64,000 bases of DNA from Eledone cirrhosa (taxonomy: Eukaryota). Of the stretch, positions 1 to 12,626 are shown one piece after another. The translations under genes were made by a program, and so were the position numbers. The notes beneath the pieces are model-generated. The model did not search any database. It was not told the DNA's origin and saw nothing but the letters and a program-made list of their open reading frames with translations. Numbering within the stretch: position 1 is the stretch's first letter; every line of letters starts with the position of its first letter. The stretch is from the NCBI GenBank assembly GCA_964016885.1, contig OZ024742.1:351354001-351418000 (forward strand), given 5' to 3'.

Positions 1-1570
1 TAAATTATTTAGCTCATAACTTCCAGCTACAATATTACGGAAAAGCTCAACAAATATCAATTTATTTCTACGTAGATATAATGCATGAGACAAAGCGTTG
101 TTTTCAAACATACACGGTAATGGGTTAGATGCAATTTATGTGTTTGAACGTATTTATTTTATTATAAAGACTCATGTTATGTAATATTGCATGGATATTG
201 TCTTCACCAAATTAATCTGATCTATTTACAAATATATCTCCACCTTGGTCATGAAAATCTAAAGATAATCACCAGTGAATACTTGTATTACACGTACATA
301 TCTAAATTACTGATACATAAGTGTAAAATTATGTCAGCAATATTTTTACGAATTTCAAAATAATGATCGACATATGTTATCACCTAAAAGAGACAGGAAA
401 TGGAACACAATTTGGTTATTACGAGAGATTTGGAAGCAGTATTTTACATTGAGCTCTATGATTTAAGCGTTTATATGAATAAGCAATTACCATGTCACTT
501 CATGTGAGAAGGTAATACGACTAAACGCATAGGTTGTCCAGAATCTGTATATATGTAGTATCTAGACTGGGACACGATACATGTTATTGTTCTATGCAAT
601 TTCGGGTCCAGAAATATAAAGATAAATCTATATTTTCTGTTACTTGAAGCTGCTCTTTGTATTACTTTAGCCAACTGATTCTCTATCATCCAACTTACAC
701 AAGTTTGTGTCGTTGTAGGAATGTATGCAATACAAATTATATTTATCATTACTTCTGCAGGGAGCTGCTTGTGTTATAGGAATGAAATATTTACGTAAGA
801 TAACTTAACTCTAAATGTTCCTAGGATAATATGAAATATTTGATTGTAGGTTACAACAACGCGTTGATAGACTAACTATGTAATAAACAGTAACATCGTA
901 CATTTTAATTGTTATCAAATATATTATATATATCTCATATATATGTATATGTAAACAATAGTTGATTGTAGGTTTTATGTGAATAATAAGTAGTCATAGA
1001 TTTAATCAATATTTACTGAATGAAAATGAATTTGTATATATATATATATATATACATATAGACATTTTATATATTTCATTTAAATTAACAATGCCGTTTG
1101 ACGTTCAACATTTCCAATAAATTATATCAGCCTCTCATGATGTCATTATTTTATGAATTTCATTTTTCATCTCATTTAATTTATATATTAATTTCCTCTG
1201 TTCATTTCCTATCTTGTATATATTAGTAACTCTATTATTATGTTAGTTTGTTAATGAAGCTTTATAACGTGCAAGAAACCAGAAATTATTTCAGAATTTC
1301 TTATGCAAAAATTTACCGATAATATTTTGATTGTATTTTTATTTTATGTGAAATCTCATTCTAAGTATTTATATACCACTCTCAACCAATGTAACACGTA
1401 CACTGCGGATTTATCTGGCATTATATATGAAGTGATATTATTTTAGACATTTAAATGCCAGCAAGTCGGTACTGAAATACAGAAAATAGATGTAGTGTAT
1501 GCTAGATAGAAAATATAACTCCCTGTACTCAATACATCTGAATCAATTTATCTGACATTATTTTGGAAGT

Positions 1571-1751
1571 GCAGTATCGGTAGAGGGTCGGACGCCATGC
1601 TTTTCAGCATAGAGTTACGGCCCTTTATGGTCTGAGTTCAACTCCTGCCGAGGTTAACTTTGCCTTTCATCCTTACGGGGTCTATAAAATAAAGTACCAA
1701 TAATACACTGAGATATTTGCTGGCCTTGCGCTAAAAGCAGAAACAATTATT
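1571..1751 (+). mobile_element. tRNA-derived SINE, family A (octopus OK-like), slightly 5' truncated
   Basis: A-box-like GCAGTATCGG, B-box GAGTTCAACTCC, conserved body TTTGCCTTTCATCCTTACGGGGTC.ATAAAATAAAGTACC and ATT-type tail. At least 7 clear copies occur in the window. Confidence 0.85.
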
Positions 1752-2108
1752 TTAGACGTTTAAATGCCAGAAGAAAAGACAGAAAATAGATGTAGAGTAT
1801 GCTAGATAGGATATATAACTTCATGTACTCAATACACTGAAAAGGATGTAATGATTGTGATATGTTAGGTGAGAATATGTGTATGTTGAATAAAAGTACA
1901 AGTTGGCTAATTCTTGTTTAAAAATCCATTCATTTCTCAAACCTAAATCTAAATATTGGATCAAACCTAAATCTAAATGTCGTATTCCATCAGGGTCTAA
2001 ACAATTTTTGTTAGAAATTAAACAAGTTAAACACTATGCTTTTACATTTACTTCTTTCATTAGATGATGATTATTCGAAATTTTGATGTTGATTTTCACA
2101 TACATTTA

Positions 2109-2294
2109 AATAATTGTTTCTAATGTTGGCACAAGGCCAGCACTTACGCAGTACATTACTGGTACTTTATTTTATCGACCCCGTAAGGATGAAAGGCAAA
2201 GTTAACCTCGACGGGATTTGAACTCAAACCGTAAAGGGACGTAACTATGCTAGAAAGCATGGCGTCCACCCCTCTACTGATACTGCCAATTCAC
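2109..2294 (-). mobile_element. tRNA-derived SINE, family A
   Basis: Reverse complement of the 1571/10348 family (GGTACTTTATTTTATCGACCCCGTAAGGATGAAAGGCAAAG...GGATTTGAACTC). Confidence 0.85.
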
Positions 2295-2821
2295 AATGAT
2301 TGATGCCGACACATTTCGTACACGATTACGTTGGTTGATATAGATAAGCATGCACTATATAGTAACAACAAAGCAAACAACACATTACAACGAAGAAATA
2401 TATTAGCCTAAAATCGTCTTTACCTTCCGGACACTATTTAACTGATATATCACTCGTCACTATAATATATATCATAATTGAACTGCATTGTTTCTTGTTG
2501 GATTTCATTTATTTTTCACATACAACAGGACACATATACACACATGCATACGTACACACACATACACGCGTACACATATATACATATTTTGTGGGGTACC
2601 AGTATAAATAACTAAAAAAATATATTTACGCAATGAATGACTCAACGCGGTATGTTTCCAGTTCCGTACATATTCTGAAGATAACCATGTGTTAATGAGG
2701 AACAACTGCTTCAACTTTCGAATCTAATATTTTCTGTGAGCTGTTATGCATATATTTTCTGTTTTATCATATATCTGGAAATTTATCGATATATATACAT
2801 ATAATTTTATCGATATATTTA

Positions 2822-2871
<50 letters not shown>

Positions 2872-2883
2872 ATATATATATAT

Positions 2884-2960
<77 letters not shown>

Positions 2961-3004
2961 TTATATAATATATAAGATCAAAAGATGGTTAAAAGAGTTC
3001 CATG

Positions 3005-3075
3005 TATTTTATTATGCGCATTTCAAAAACAAATATCATCATGCAATAATATTTGTGTTTTCATCAGATAAAATA
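3005..3075 (-). ncRNA. Type I hammerhead ribozyme
   Basis: Minus strand reads TATTTTAT CTGATGA [stem II] GAAA TGCGCA TA ATAAAATA. Confidence 0.8.
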
Positions 3076-3189
3076 GGAAGACATGATAGGAAGGTTAAAA
3101 AACACTTGTGAATAGTGCAGTTTTGAATCAACATTGATTCAACACTGCACTATTCACAAGTGTTTTTTAAACTTCCTATCATGTCTTCC

Positions 3190-3260
3190 TATTTTATCTG
3201 ATGAAAACACAAATATTATTTCATGATGATATTTGATTTTGAAATGCGCATAATAAAATA
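3190..3260 (+). ncRNA. Type I hammerhead ribozyme
   Basis: Stem I TATTTTAT/ATAAAATA, core CTGATGA (3198-3204), stem II CAAATATTAT/ATGATATTTG, GAAA (3241), palindromic stem III TGCGCA and AUA cleavage triplet. Confidence 0.8.
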
Positions 3261-3423
3261 CATGGAACTCTTTTAACCATCTTTTGATCTTATATATTAT
3301 GTATACTCCAGTCCTACAAACTGTAGAGTGCTTCTTATCCGATATCTGCATTGCTTTATTGTACTACAATAAAACTCTCCTCCTACATATACATTTATAT
3401 ATATATATATATATATAATAAAA

Positions 3424-3741
3424 TTGAAGACTAAAATCCAAAGAGGGCTCGATAAGGATACATATATATCAAATGTATAAGGACCGTAGAGCAAATATTT
3501 GTTAAAATAACAGATTGAAGTTTAAGCAAAGAATCGCTGCTTTTACCCTTAACAGGATCTTCTGAAACTAACAAAGTCAATCTGTAAACGCAGAACTGGA
3601 TATTTCAAAAAACGTTGCACCCGGGTGCAACGTTTTTTGAAATATCCAGTTCTGCGTTTACAGATTGACTTTGTTAGTTTCAGAAGATCCCGTTAAGGGT
3701 AAAAGCCACGATTCTTTGCTTAAACTTTAATCTGTTATTTT

Positions 3742-3745
<4 letters not shown>
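3424..3745. mobile_element. Interspersed repeat with fold-back centred on CACCCGGGTG; carries variant HHR (CAGANGA core)
   Basis: Arms 3500-3622 and 3623-3745 are reverse complements. The same family occurs at 33517-33585, 38010-38685 and 63825-63885. Confidence 0.8.
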
Positions 3746-3807
<62 letters not shown>

Positions 3808-3937
3808 CATTGATATATATATGTATATATATATAATATATATTTATAATGGAAAATTTGAACAGGAACAAAACAGAGAGGCAGTACATCGAATGTTTAA
3901 TAATTTCACGCTCTGGAGAGTGGGGTGGTGGTGGGGA

Positions 3938-3970
3938 ACGACGTTTCGGGCATAAGCCCTTCCTCAGGTG
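3938..3970 (-). ncRNA. Minimal hammerhead ribozyme of the PLE terminal repeat
   Basis: Minus strand reads CTGAGGA AGGGC TTAT GCCC GAAAC GTC, with a loopless stem III as in PLE minimal HHRs. Stem I is weak. Confidence 0.75.
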
Positions 3971-5459
3971 AGAAGTGTGTGGGAAGTGAGTTCAAAGGGT
4001 GTGTAGGGGAGTGGTGGAGAGACATATAGCGAAAAGGGGGTGGGAGGAAACGGTGCGAATGAAATTAAAAATAAAAATAAAAATAAAGCATGATCAAAAT
4101 AAAATGAAATGAAATAAAAATAAATATAAAAGCATGATCAAAATAAACTGAAATTAAAAAGTGGTAAAACAGGTGGTGGAAGGGTGTGGGGTGTGTAGGG
4201 GTGGTGGCACGTGGAGTGGGGAGAGGGAGACGGGGTGTCCGAGCGGGGAGGGCTGAAGGTGGTGTGTGTGTGTAGGTGTACGTGTGTGTGTGTGTGTGTA
4301 TGTGAAAGCAAGGGTTGGAGAAAGAACGGGGTTGCATGTTCAGGAAGAGGTGTGTGTGGGGTGGAGTGTAGGTCGGAGTGTCTGTGCGTGTGTGGATAGA
4401 GGGGTGGGGGGAGAGGAATCCGGAGGCTGAGGGTGTAAATATGTGGTGGAAAGCACGTGTGTTTGAGGTTTAAGCGTGTTGTGGGTGTAGGTGGCGTGTG
4501 GGAGAAAAAAAAAATATTGGGTGTGTGTGTGGGTGAAATATATAGTTGATTCCGTAAGAGGATGAGGTTGAAATATTGGTAAACTCCTATGATGTTAGTA
4601 GATTCCACGGTGGTCAAGTTCCACATACGAGTATTCCATGAAGAGATGGTCGGAAGAGGAGAGATGTGGGGTGCGCGCGCAACAGGAAGTGGTCAAGGCG
4701 GTGGGAGTGCTGTGTGTCTGTTTGTGCTGGGAGGTGGTCAGAGGGCATAGCAGCAGACGGGTGGAGTGGTAATGGGGCGAGGATGGGTAGGTGTGAAAGT
4801 TGGAGTGAGGAGGGTGTGTGTGTGTATTAGTAGAGGTGTTAGTGGGATGAGTGAGTGTGGAGAAAGGGTGTGGGTGGAGCGGGTAGAGAAGGGTGTGGGG
4901 GTGATGGAGGGAATGTGGTGTACTGGTGTGTGTGTAGTTTGATGAAGGGGGTGTTAGTGGGTGTTAGTATACTGGAGGTGGGGAAAGGGTTGAACGGCAG
5001 GTGTGAGTGGGGATTAGTGGTGGTAGGGTGTGTAGAGTTGGTGGTGTACGAGGGTGTGTGGGTACGTGTGCCTGGGGTTGGGGGGTGTTAGTGATGTTAG
5101 TTGCGTGTGGGGTGGGTGGTGTAAGTGGGTGCGTGTGTTCGTGTGCTTGGGGTCAGGGGGTGTTAGTGATGTTAGTTGCGGGATGGTGGGATGGAGGTAT
5201 GGGGGTGAGGGTTAGTTGTGGTAGTGGGGTGTGTGTTTAGTGTGAGCGCGTGTATATATGTGCCGGTGGGTGTGTGCGTGTGATAAGGAGGGGGAGGAGA
5301 AGAAGGGATTGATGTTAGTATGTTAGTTGGGGAAGGGTGGTCGGATGAGGGGTAGGGTGGAGGTGCTAGTATTGTTAGTTGTAGGTTGGGCGGTGAAAAG
5401 GAGGGTTGTGTTAGTGGTGTTAGTGGGGGATATGTGTGGGGGGAGGGGGCTGTCGAAGG

Positions 5460-7225
5460 CTAAAGGAATAAGGGTGGGGAGTTCAGGCCGGGGGGAGTGT
5501 GGGTCAGTAAGATGAAGATGGTTCTTTGTTCGACTCTAAGGAGATTGGCGTGTGTTCCGTGGAATTGGAGTAGGCCACAGACTGTGAGATGGCGTGCGTA
5601 ATGTCCAGGGGCAACAAAGTGGCGGGCGATGGGGGAACTACCACCGAGACGAATATCCCAGAGGTGCTCAGTGAATCGGTCCGCCAGGCGGCGCCCCGTC
5701 TGTCCGATATAAGTCGGGTGAGAGCGGTGTGGACGAGAGAGAGGGTAACCTCTGCGGATGAAATGGCTGACTAGGGAAAGGGCCTGGGACTCGAAGTCAG
5801 CATCTCGGCTACAGAGGCGGCGGATCCTGAGGAGTTGGGAGTAGGGAATAGAGTGTTTAGTGTGTGGGGGTGGGAAGAGGGGAAGTCGAGGTAAGAGTGG
5901 GAGTCAATTGGTTTGAAGAAGGCGGAGGTGACGATGGATTGGTGGGAAGGGTCGAAGGCGACGGAGATGTCTAAGAAATGGACGTGGGTGGTGGAGATAG
6001 AGGTGGTGAAGTGGAGGGAGGCGTGGGAGGTGCAGAAGACGGAGAAAAAGGAGTCGAGCTGTTCTCGGGTGAGGATCCTGGCTCCGATACATCGTCAATG
6101 TAACGACCGTACAGTTCGGGCGTGGGGCCGGTGTACTGGGCAAAGATTTGGGCCTCAACATGGCCAACAAAAAAGGTTGGCATAGTTCGGGCCCATTCAT
6201 GTACCCATGGCTATACCCGTGACCAGTTGGTAAAACTCACCCGAGAAGGAGAAACAGTTGAGGGTGAGGACCAGCTCGGCGAGGCGAAGGAGGGTGGAGG
6301 TGGAGGGAATGGGGGAGGGGCGAAGGTCGAGGTAGAGTTTGAGGGCGCGTAGGCCGTCGACGTGGGGGATGACGGTATAGGGGGACTTGATGTCTAGGGT
6401 GAAGAGGAAGGGCTGTGGGCCGGGTGGGTAGGTGAAGGAGTCGAAAAGGCGCAGGGCGTGGTTGGTGTCGGAGATGTGGGAGGGGAGGGTGGTGACAAGG
6501 GGGGCGAGGATGGAGTCAAGAAAGGCGGAGATGAGTTCGGTGGGGCAGTTGCAAGCGGAGACGATGGGGCGGCCGGGGTTGTCGGGTTTGCGGAGTTTGG
6601 GGAGGAAGTAGATGGTGGGGGTGCGGACGATGAGGTGGGAAGCAGTGGGGGGGGGGGGGGGGGTAGGAGGAGGAGGCGACAACGTCTTGGTTGGTGGAGG
6701 AAACTTGTTGTTGGTAGAGAGGTGTGGGATCGGAGTGTAGAGGGCGGTAGAAGAGGGGTTTACAGAGCTGCCTGAGAGCTTCGGCCGTGTAGAGGTCTGC
6801 GCGCCACACCACCACGGCGCCTCCCTTGTCCGCCGGTTTGATGACGATGTCATCTCGGCTACGGAGGGATCGGAGAGCGAGGAGTTCACCCCGTGAGATA
6901 TTGTACCGTTTGGAACGGTGGCGGAAGTCGAAACGATTTACTGCGCTACTGCTGGCATCGACGAACGCGTCCAGGGTGCTAAATTGCCCTGGTGCCGGCG
7001 TCCAAGAAGATGGTCCTCGACCCAGGTGGGGAAACGGGTCTGGGGCGTCCGGAGCCGGTGGCGGTTGGCCGAAATGTGGCTGTAGCTTCGTGCGTCGCAC
7101 GAATCGCTCGACTTCCATTCGGGTGCCAAACTCGTCGCTGTGCGGAGTGTGGGGTATGAAGCGAAGGCTTCTACTAAGGAGTGAGCGCTCAGGTGCGGAG
7201 AGGGGGAGGTCAGGGTGTATCTGAG
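5460..7225 (-). pseudogene. PLE reverse transcriptase + GIY-YIG endonuclease, frameshifted
   Basis: Across frames: IKPADKGGAVVVW, PGRPIVSAC, FTLDIKS, GIAMGT..GPNYANLF, RYIDD, SIPYSQLLRIRRLCS, RRGYP, then YIGQTGRRLADRFTEHL...PPGLN and a stop at ~5460. Confidence 0.92.
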
Positions 7226-8419
7226 ACAAGTTATTCATATGTGACCTGTTTACGACCGGAATTCGTTAGCAACGAAAACCTGTTTCATGTGATTCAATTA
7301 TTTCTATTGTTTCAACGTTTTAGATCAAATATATGATAACATTCGATATATCAAAAGATAATAGAAATGCTACATACATAAATTATACAATTCAGTGAAG
7401 TAAACTGTGATCGGGATGATAGGATTAAATAACAAAAACATATAATCGATAAATTTGATTGTAATAGGTTTGGTATGTTAGTAAATAGATATATATATAC
7501 ACACATACACGCCAAATGTACATACACATATGCTCAATTTTATTATCTCTGGAAAAGTTTCAAAGAACAGAAGATTATCGGTGATCACTCATAATTCATG
7601 TTTTATTTTGTATATGGTGGATCAGAAAATAAAACTCTATCTTCGCTGACCGAATGAATGGTAAACGAGTTTAGCGTCGTACTTTATAATCTGGACAGCG
7701 CCGGAATGTCTTAAATTGAGACGCGATTTTACAAGTGTACTAGGATTCACGAAGTACACTTATTGAAGGCTTAAACGACCTTCTACATTGATATTCTAAC
7801 CCTAAAATTATGTATTCTTCCATAACTTAGGGAAGGGAAATTATTTCTGCCTAGTACTGAGGTGGACTTATATGTAGGGAAATAGGAAGATAGTATTGCC
7901 CCAATACAACTGATTTCTACATTTAATTTCCAGTTCCATCGCAACGCGTCAGCAATTCTGTCTTGCCTTCAATTCCAATTTATTATCTTTCTATTTCAAA
8001 TATGTTTTTGGAAAATCTTTGCTACCTATATGCAAATACGAGTAACAGCGAGGGACACACATACAAACGATATAATAACTCAAATTATCTTCTGCCTTCA
8101 AACTAAATATTAATGTGGTCAACTTTCTCTCACGAGTCTGATGTCTGTCGAATAAAAATAAGTAATTCTGCTTGGAGGAAAATTTATATATATGCTGTTA
8201 ATTTAAATATTTTTGTTTACGATCTGAAAATAATTAATTGTTATCACATTTGTAGAGCATATTAATCTGTTCTATCATTTAGACAGCTCTCAACTGTATG
8301 CAGGGATTCAATAAGTACAAGATCCCGAAGCATTGTATTAGTGAATCTAACATAAGGAAGATACAGAGAAAACTTAATTCTAGATAATATTTAGAAGAAA
8401 GATCTTGAATAAACCGAAC

Positions 8420-8563
8420 GGCGGTGGATTGTCAGAATCGGTAGAGGGTCGAACGCCATGATTTGCAGCAAAAAGTTACGGCCCTTTATGGTGTGAGTTC
8501 AAATCCCGCCAAGGTTAACTTTGGCTTTCATCCTTACGAGGGTGTGTGCCAAACGTAGAAACA
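8420..8563 (+). mobile_element. tRNA-derived SINE, family A, internally deleted
   Basis: GGCGGTGGATTGTCAGAATCGG...GAGTTCAAATCCCGCC...TTTCATCCTTACG joined directly to the 3' tail. Confidence 0.8.
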
Positions 8564-9120
8564 CTTATCTTGTATAGTATGAGATTCTGTAAACGTCTTG
8601 TGATCTATTTGAATCGGGGTCGTTTCAGACGATCAATTATAAAACAAACAATTTGGGATTTATGCGAATAAATATGTTAAACTGAAACCCTACAATTTTA
8701 TTTATATACGGCCCAACACACACACCCACACAGCGCATCTCTCTTACTATCCTCCTGTGAAACGCCTTCTCGATTCTGTCCGCCAAGGCTGTGGGGAGGC
8801 CAGCACGTGGGACACCATTTGGTCACCATACGGAGATCTTTATGGTTGTGTTAATCAAGCAGTTAATGAGTATGTTTATGTGTACCACCGCTGCTGCTAC
8901 TACCAGCGCTACACCTCCATCTATATACACAAGCTTTCACTTTTACATTCGCCTGTGTCTTGGAGCGTATGCGTATTTGTGACTGTATAGCCTAATGTGT
9001 CAACGCATGCATTTGCTTAAAGAGACAAACAGGCTTACTTCATGAAGTAAGCTTGTTTGTCTCTCTCGCTCTCTCCTTCTTTCACTCATTCCCCATATAT
9101 ATATATATATATATATATAT

Positions 9121-9235
9121 CATCTTGATCACCTTTACCGACCAGTCTGTCGGGCGCCAATCGGCGCCGCTAGTCACAGCATGTCGTGGTCTTTTAGCCA
9201 TAAGATAACGCCATCCCACTGGCTGGGCGGGCAGG

Positions 9236-9236
<1 letters not shown>
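9121..9236. repeat. Short interspersed repeat within (TA)n
   Basis: TTGATCACCTTTACCGACCAGTCTGT.GGGCGCCA matches the reverse complement of 55766-55866. Confidence 0.65.
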
Positions 9237-9283
<47 letters not shown>

Positions 9284-9570
9284 AAATAACGAAACGAAAT
9301 TAAATTTCGTTTCGCTTCTAACTCACTTTTGTATGACTGACGCTTAAATAATTAAGTTAAAAGTGTACATCTACATATGTATACGGAAATATTAGTATGC
9401 ATAAAAATACACACATGTATACATATGTACATGTACTGAGTTTTTCACTGGACACTTTACTGTGAGTGTCCAGCTAGTCTGTATGTAAACAAACAGACAA
9501 ACCGGGTTTTAGAGTCATACGGGTTTTCAAGGAAACACATTTCCTCTATTCTCCAGAGAGCCAGACAGGA

Positions 9571-9613
9571 ATATTGGACTAGTTTCGATGTTATTACATC
9601 TCATCAGCAATAT
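9571..9613 (-). ncRNA. Type I hammerhead ribozyme
   Basis: Reverse complement of 10093-10135. Confidence 0.9.
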
Positions 9614-10092
9614 AAACCCATCTTCCGGCTTCTCTAGAGAATCGTAAAAGCACATATCGTTATATGCTTTTTCTATGAAAATTAGTAGTGGGCAGACTAA
9701 TTTGCATAGAACGTGAGTCATTGTACAAACCCGGTTTGTCTGTTTGTTTACATACAGACTAGCTGGACACTCACAGTAAAGTGTCCAGGGAAAAACTCAG
9801 TACATGTACATATGTATACATGTGTGTATTTATATGCATACTAATATTTCCGTATACATATGTAGATGTACACTTTTAACTTAATTGTTTAAGCGTCAGT
9901 CATACAAAAGTGAGTTAGAAGCGAAACGAAATTTAATTTCGTTTCGGTATTTGTTTTTATCGTTTCCGCTGAACCGGTGCGTACAATGACTCACGTTCTA
10001 TGCAAATTAGTCTGCCCACTACTAATTTTCATAGAAAAAGCATATAACGATATGTGCTTTTACGATTCTCTAGAGAAGCCGGAAGATGGGTG

Positions 10093-10135
10093 ATATTGCT
10101 GATGAGATGTAATAACATCGAAACTAGTCCAATAT
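10093..10135 (+). ncRNA. Type I hammerhead ribozyme, canonical core, GUC site
   Basis: ATATTG CTGATGA GATGT AATA ACATC GAAAC TA GTC CAATAT. Stem I can extend via TCTCTAGAGAAGCCGGA/TCTGGCTCTCTGGAGA. Confidence 0.92.
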
Positions 10136-10232
10136 TCCTGTCTGGCTCTCTGGAGAATAGAGGAAATGTGTTTCCTTGAAAACCCGTATGACTCTAAAAC
10201 CCGGTTTGTCTGTTTGTTTACATACAGACCAG

Positions 10233-10323
<91 letters not shown>

Positions 10324-10347
10324 TATACATAATAATTATCATTATTA

Positions 10348-10545
10348 GGGGCGGTGGATTGGCAGTATCGGTAGAGGGTCGTACGTCATGCTTTCCAGCA
10401 TAGTTACGTCCCTTTACGATCTGAGTTCAAATCCCGCCGAGGTTGACTTTGCCTTTCATCCTTACGGGGTCGATAAAATAAAGTACCAGTAATGCACTGG
10501 GTAATTGCTGGCCTTGTGCCTAAAGTAGGAACAATTATTATTATT
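10348..10545 (+). mobile_element. tRNA-derived SINE, family A, full length
   Basis: GGGGCGGTGGATTGGCAGTATCGG (A box), GAGTTCAAATCCC (B box) and (ATT)n tail. Confidence 0.9.
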
Positions 10546-10743
10546 GTGGATTGGCAGTATCGTTAGAGGGTTTGACGCCATGCTTTCCAGCATAGTTACG
10601 TCCCTTTACGATCAGAGTTCAAATCCCGCCGAGGTTGACTTTGCCTTTCATCCTTACGGGGTCGATAAAATAAAGTACCAGTAATGCACTGGGTAATTGC
10701 TGGCCTTGTGCCTAAAGTAGGAACAATTATTATTATTATTATT
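10546..10743 (+). mobile_element. tRNA-derived SINE, family A, second tandem copy
   Basis: Near-identical to 10348-10545 and starts in that copy's (ATT)n tail. Confidence 0.9.
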
Positions 10744-12552
10744 CATTATTAAGGTATTAAGACTTGTCCTTGTTTTTACTTTATAAATTGCCAGTGTTTA
10801 TCAGAAGTATAAGTGTCGTTAACATTTCACTCCTATGGTCGTTTTATATAAAGAAAACAACAATTGGTGGAACAAATGAACCATTGCGGCAGCAGAATAT
10901 CCCTTCTATAGCGTTATATTTTCCTGTCATACTGCGTTCAAATATCGGAGTGCCTTGTCGCTTTAATATTATACGTTAGAATAAAAAATTATCCAATAAC
11001 ATTCAGAATCTAATTCCTTCATTATGTAGGGAACACTCTCCTCTGATGTAAATATCTTAATACCATAGTCAGTTATGTTACATTTTGTTTTTGTTTTAAA
11101 ATTTGGAGAAATAAATTATGTTCTCTTTTCAACTATATACTCGAGTTGTTCCTTTACCAAAGTATAAATATATTGTAAGGAAATATAAGGAAAGAAATAT
11201 AAGGAAAACATACATAGATCACATGACAGATTTCGGCTGGAAATCTTTAAGAGAAATAATGGCTGTAATGCTAATACATATATATATGAGCACGTTAGCA
11301 TGCGCACACACATGCGCGCTCGCACACCCGGATACACACACACACAAACACACGACCGCGCATGCAAACACCCAGACACAAACATATCCATGTATAGATA
11401 CAGGCACAAACACACTCAACTATAAAAATACACAAAAGGAAACATGCAAAGACATATAAACATAACCACACACACAGTAAATACATGCTTCAGCTTACGT
11501 GTTGAATAATTCTAGTCCCATTGTTGAAAACAGTGGAAAAGATAGCGTATTAATTGCATGCAGGAGGCCAAGACTTTTTTGTATCAGCCTACCCATCTTT
11601 GATCCTTATCGCTCATACATACATATCTGCGAACAGTAATCAACGGATATTGATAGGCATGATAACTGAACCTTAGTTAAGATCACTGTGTTTCACTTAG
11701 CAACATATTCCATGCTTGCATTCCTTGTATTTTTATCCAACCAGTGTGACATGATGCATGCAAAAGTTCTGATCTTGCATCAAACCATATTTGAACAAAA
11801 TAAGAGGCGAAGTGAATATTAAAATATCTCTATTACTTTGATGATTTCATTTTGTTCGTATTTGTATATTTCTTCTTTTCTTTCCCGAACCGACATCGTA
11901 TGTGTTTTATCAGACGAAGCGTATTAACTTCAATCTTCCCCTCATATATATATATTTTTTCTTTATGAATGAACATTCCGTGCCTCTTCTTTCTTAGATT
12001 ACACACAACAGTAGTGTATTGTGTGTTTCATAGTTAGAATAACGGTACTAAGAGATGTGAACAGAAGTAGGTTGGTAATGTTTCGAGACTAGCAACCCCA
12101 CCATCTCCATTCAATAGACATATATTGATAAGTTCAAAAGAAACCTTTTACACTGTGAACTCGTTCACATGAGGCACTATATATTGACTTCTAAGTCTTT
12201 GATAGTGGTACGGATATTATACATTTTTCTCTAGTGTTATGATCACCTATTTATTGTAGTATTAAGGCAACAAAATCAATACCACCGCTGTTACCACGAC
12301 TAGCCCGCAGTTCTTTATTACTAGACAAATTAGAAACGCAATTAGAGACGATTTGCCAGGAAATGTGTACTCAAATGTTATCGAAGGTCATCAAAGACAA
12401 TTTTTATTAGTGTCACGCCATAATGCTTTACGGAAAATTACATAACACCAAGGTGATATCTTTCTTGATGTTTTTGCAAAGGAGGAATATTGAGTAATGT
12501 ATATATAGCAGCAGAAATAGACATATATTTATGTGTGTGTGTACGTACATTA

Positions 12553-12626
<74 letters not shown>

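Larger units (their letters stand above)
2968..3298. repeat. Fold-back (head-to-head) HHR-bearing element
   Basis: About 160-bp arms are near-perfect reverse complements, centred at ~3133 (TTGAATCAACATTGATTCAA). It lies next to (TA)n. Confidence 0.9.
3850..7225 (-). mobile_element. Penelope-like element (Neptune-like), 5' truncated and decayed, with long CA-rich 3' UTR
   Basis: RT and GIY-YIG remnants at 5460-7225 and a 3' HHR at ~3940-3970. It ends in (TA)n. The 3' end matches a second copy at ~33330-33505. Confidence 0.9.
9281..10235. mobile_element. ~470-bp HHR retrozyme-like element: inverted, circularly permuted copies
   Basis: 9727-10235 is about 1.08 units with a terminal direct repeat (9727-9766 = 10197-10235). 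9281-9726 is the antisense copy and reads through the unit junction. (TA)n flanks both sides. Confidence 0.85.

Noticed and set aside
495-780. 84-aa ORF, or a possible 56-nt exon (CTGCAG…GTAAGT) on the minus strand
   Set aside because: No recognisable homology and no supporting neighbouring exons.
10348-10440. tRNA gene
   Set aside because: The A and B boxes belong to a SINE head. There is no cloverleaf, and a SINE body and (ATT)n tail follow.
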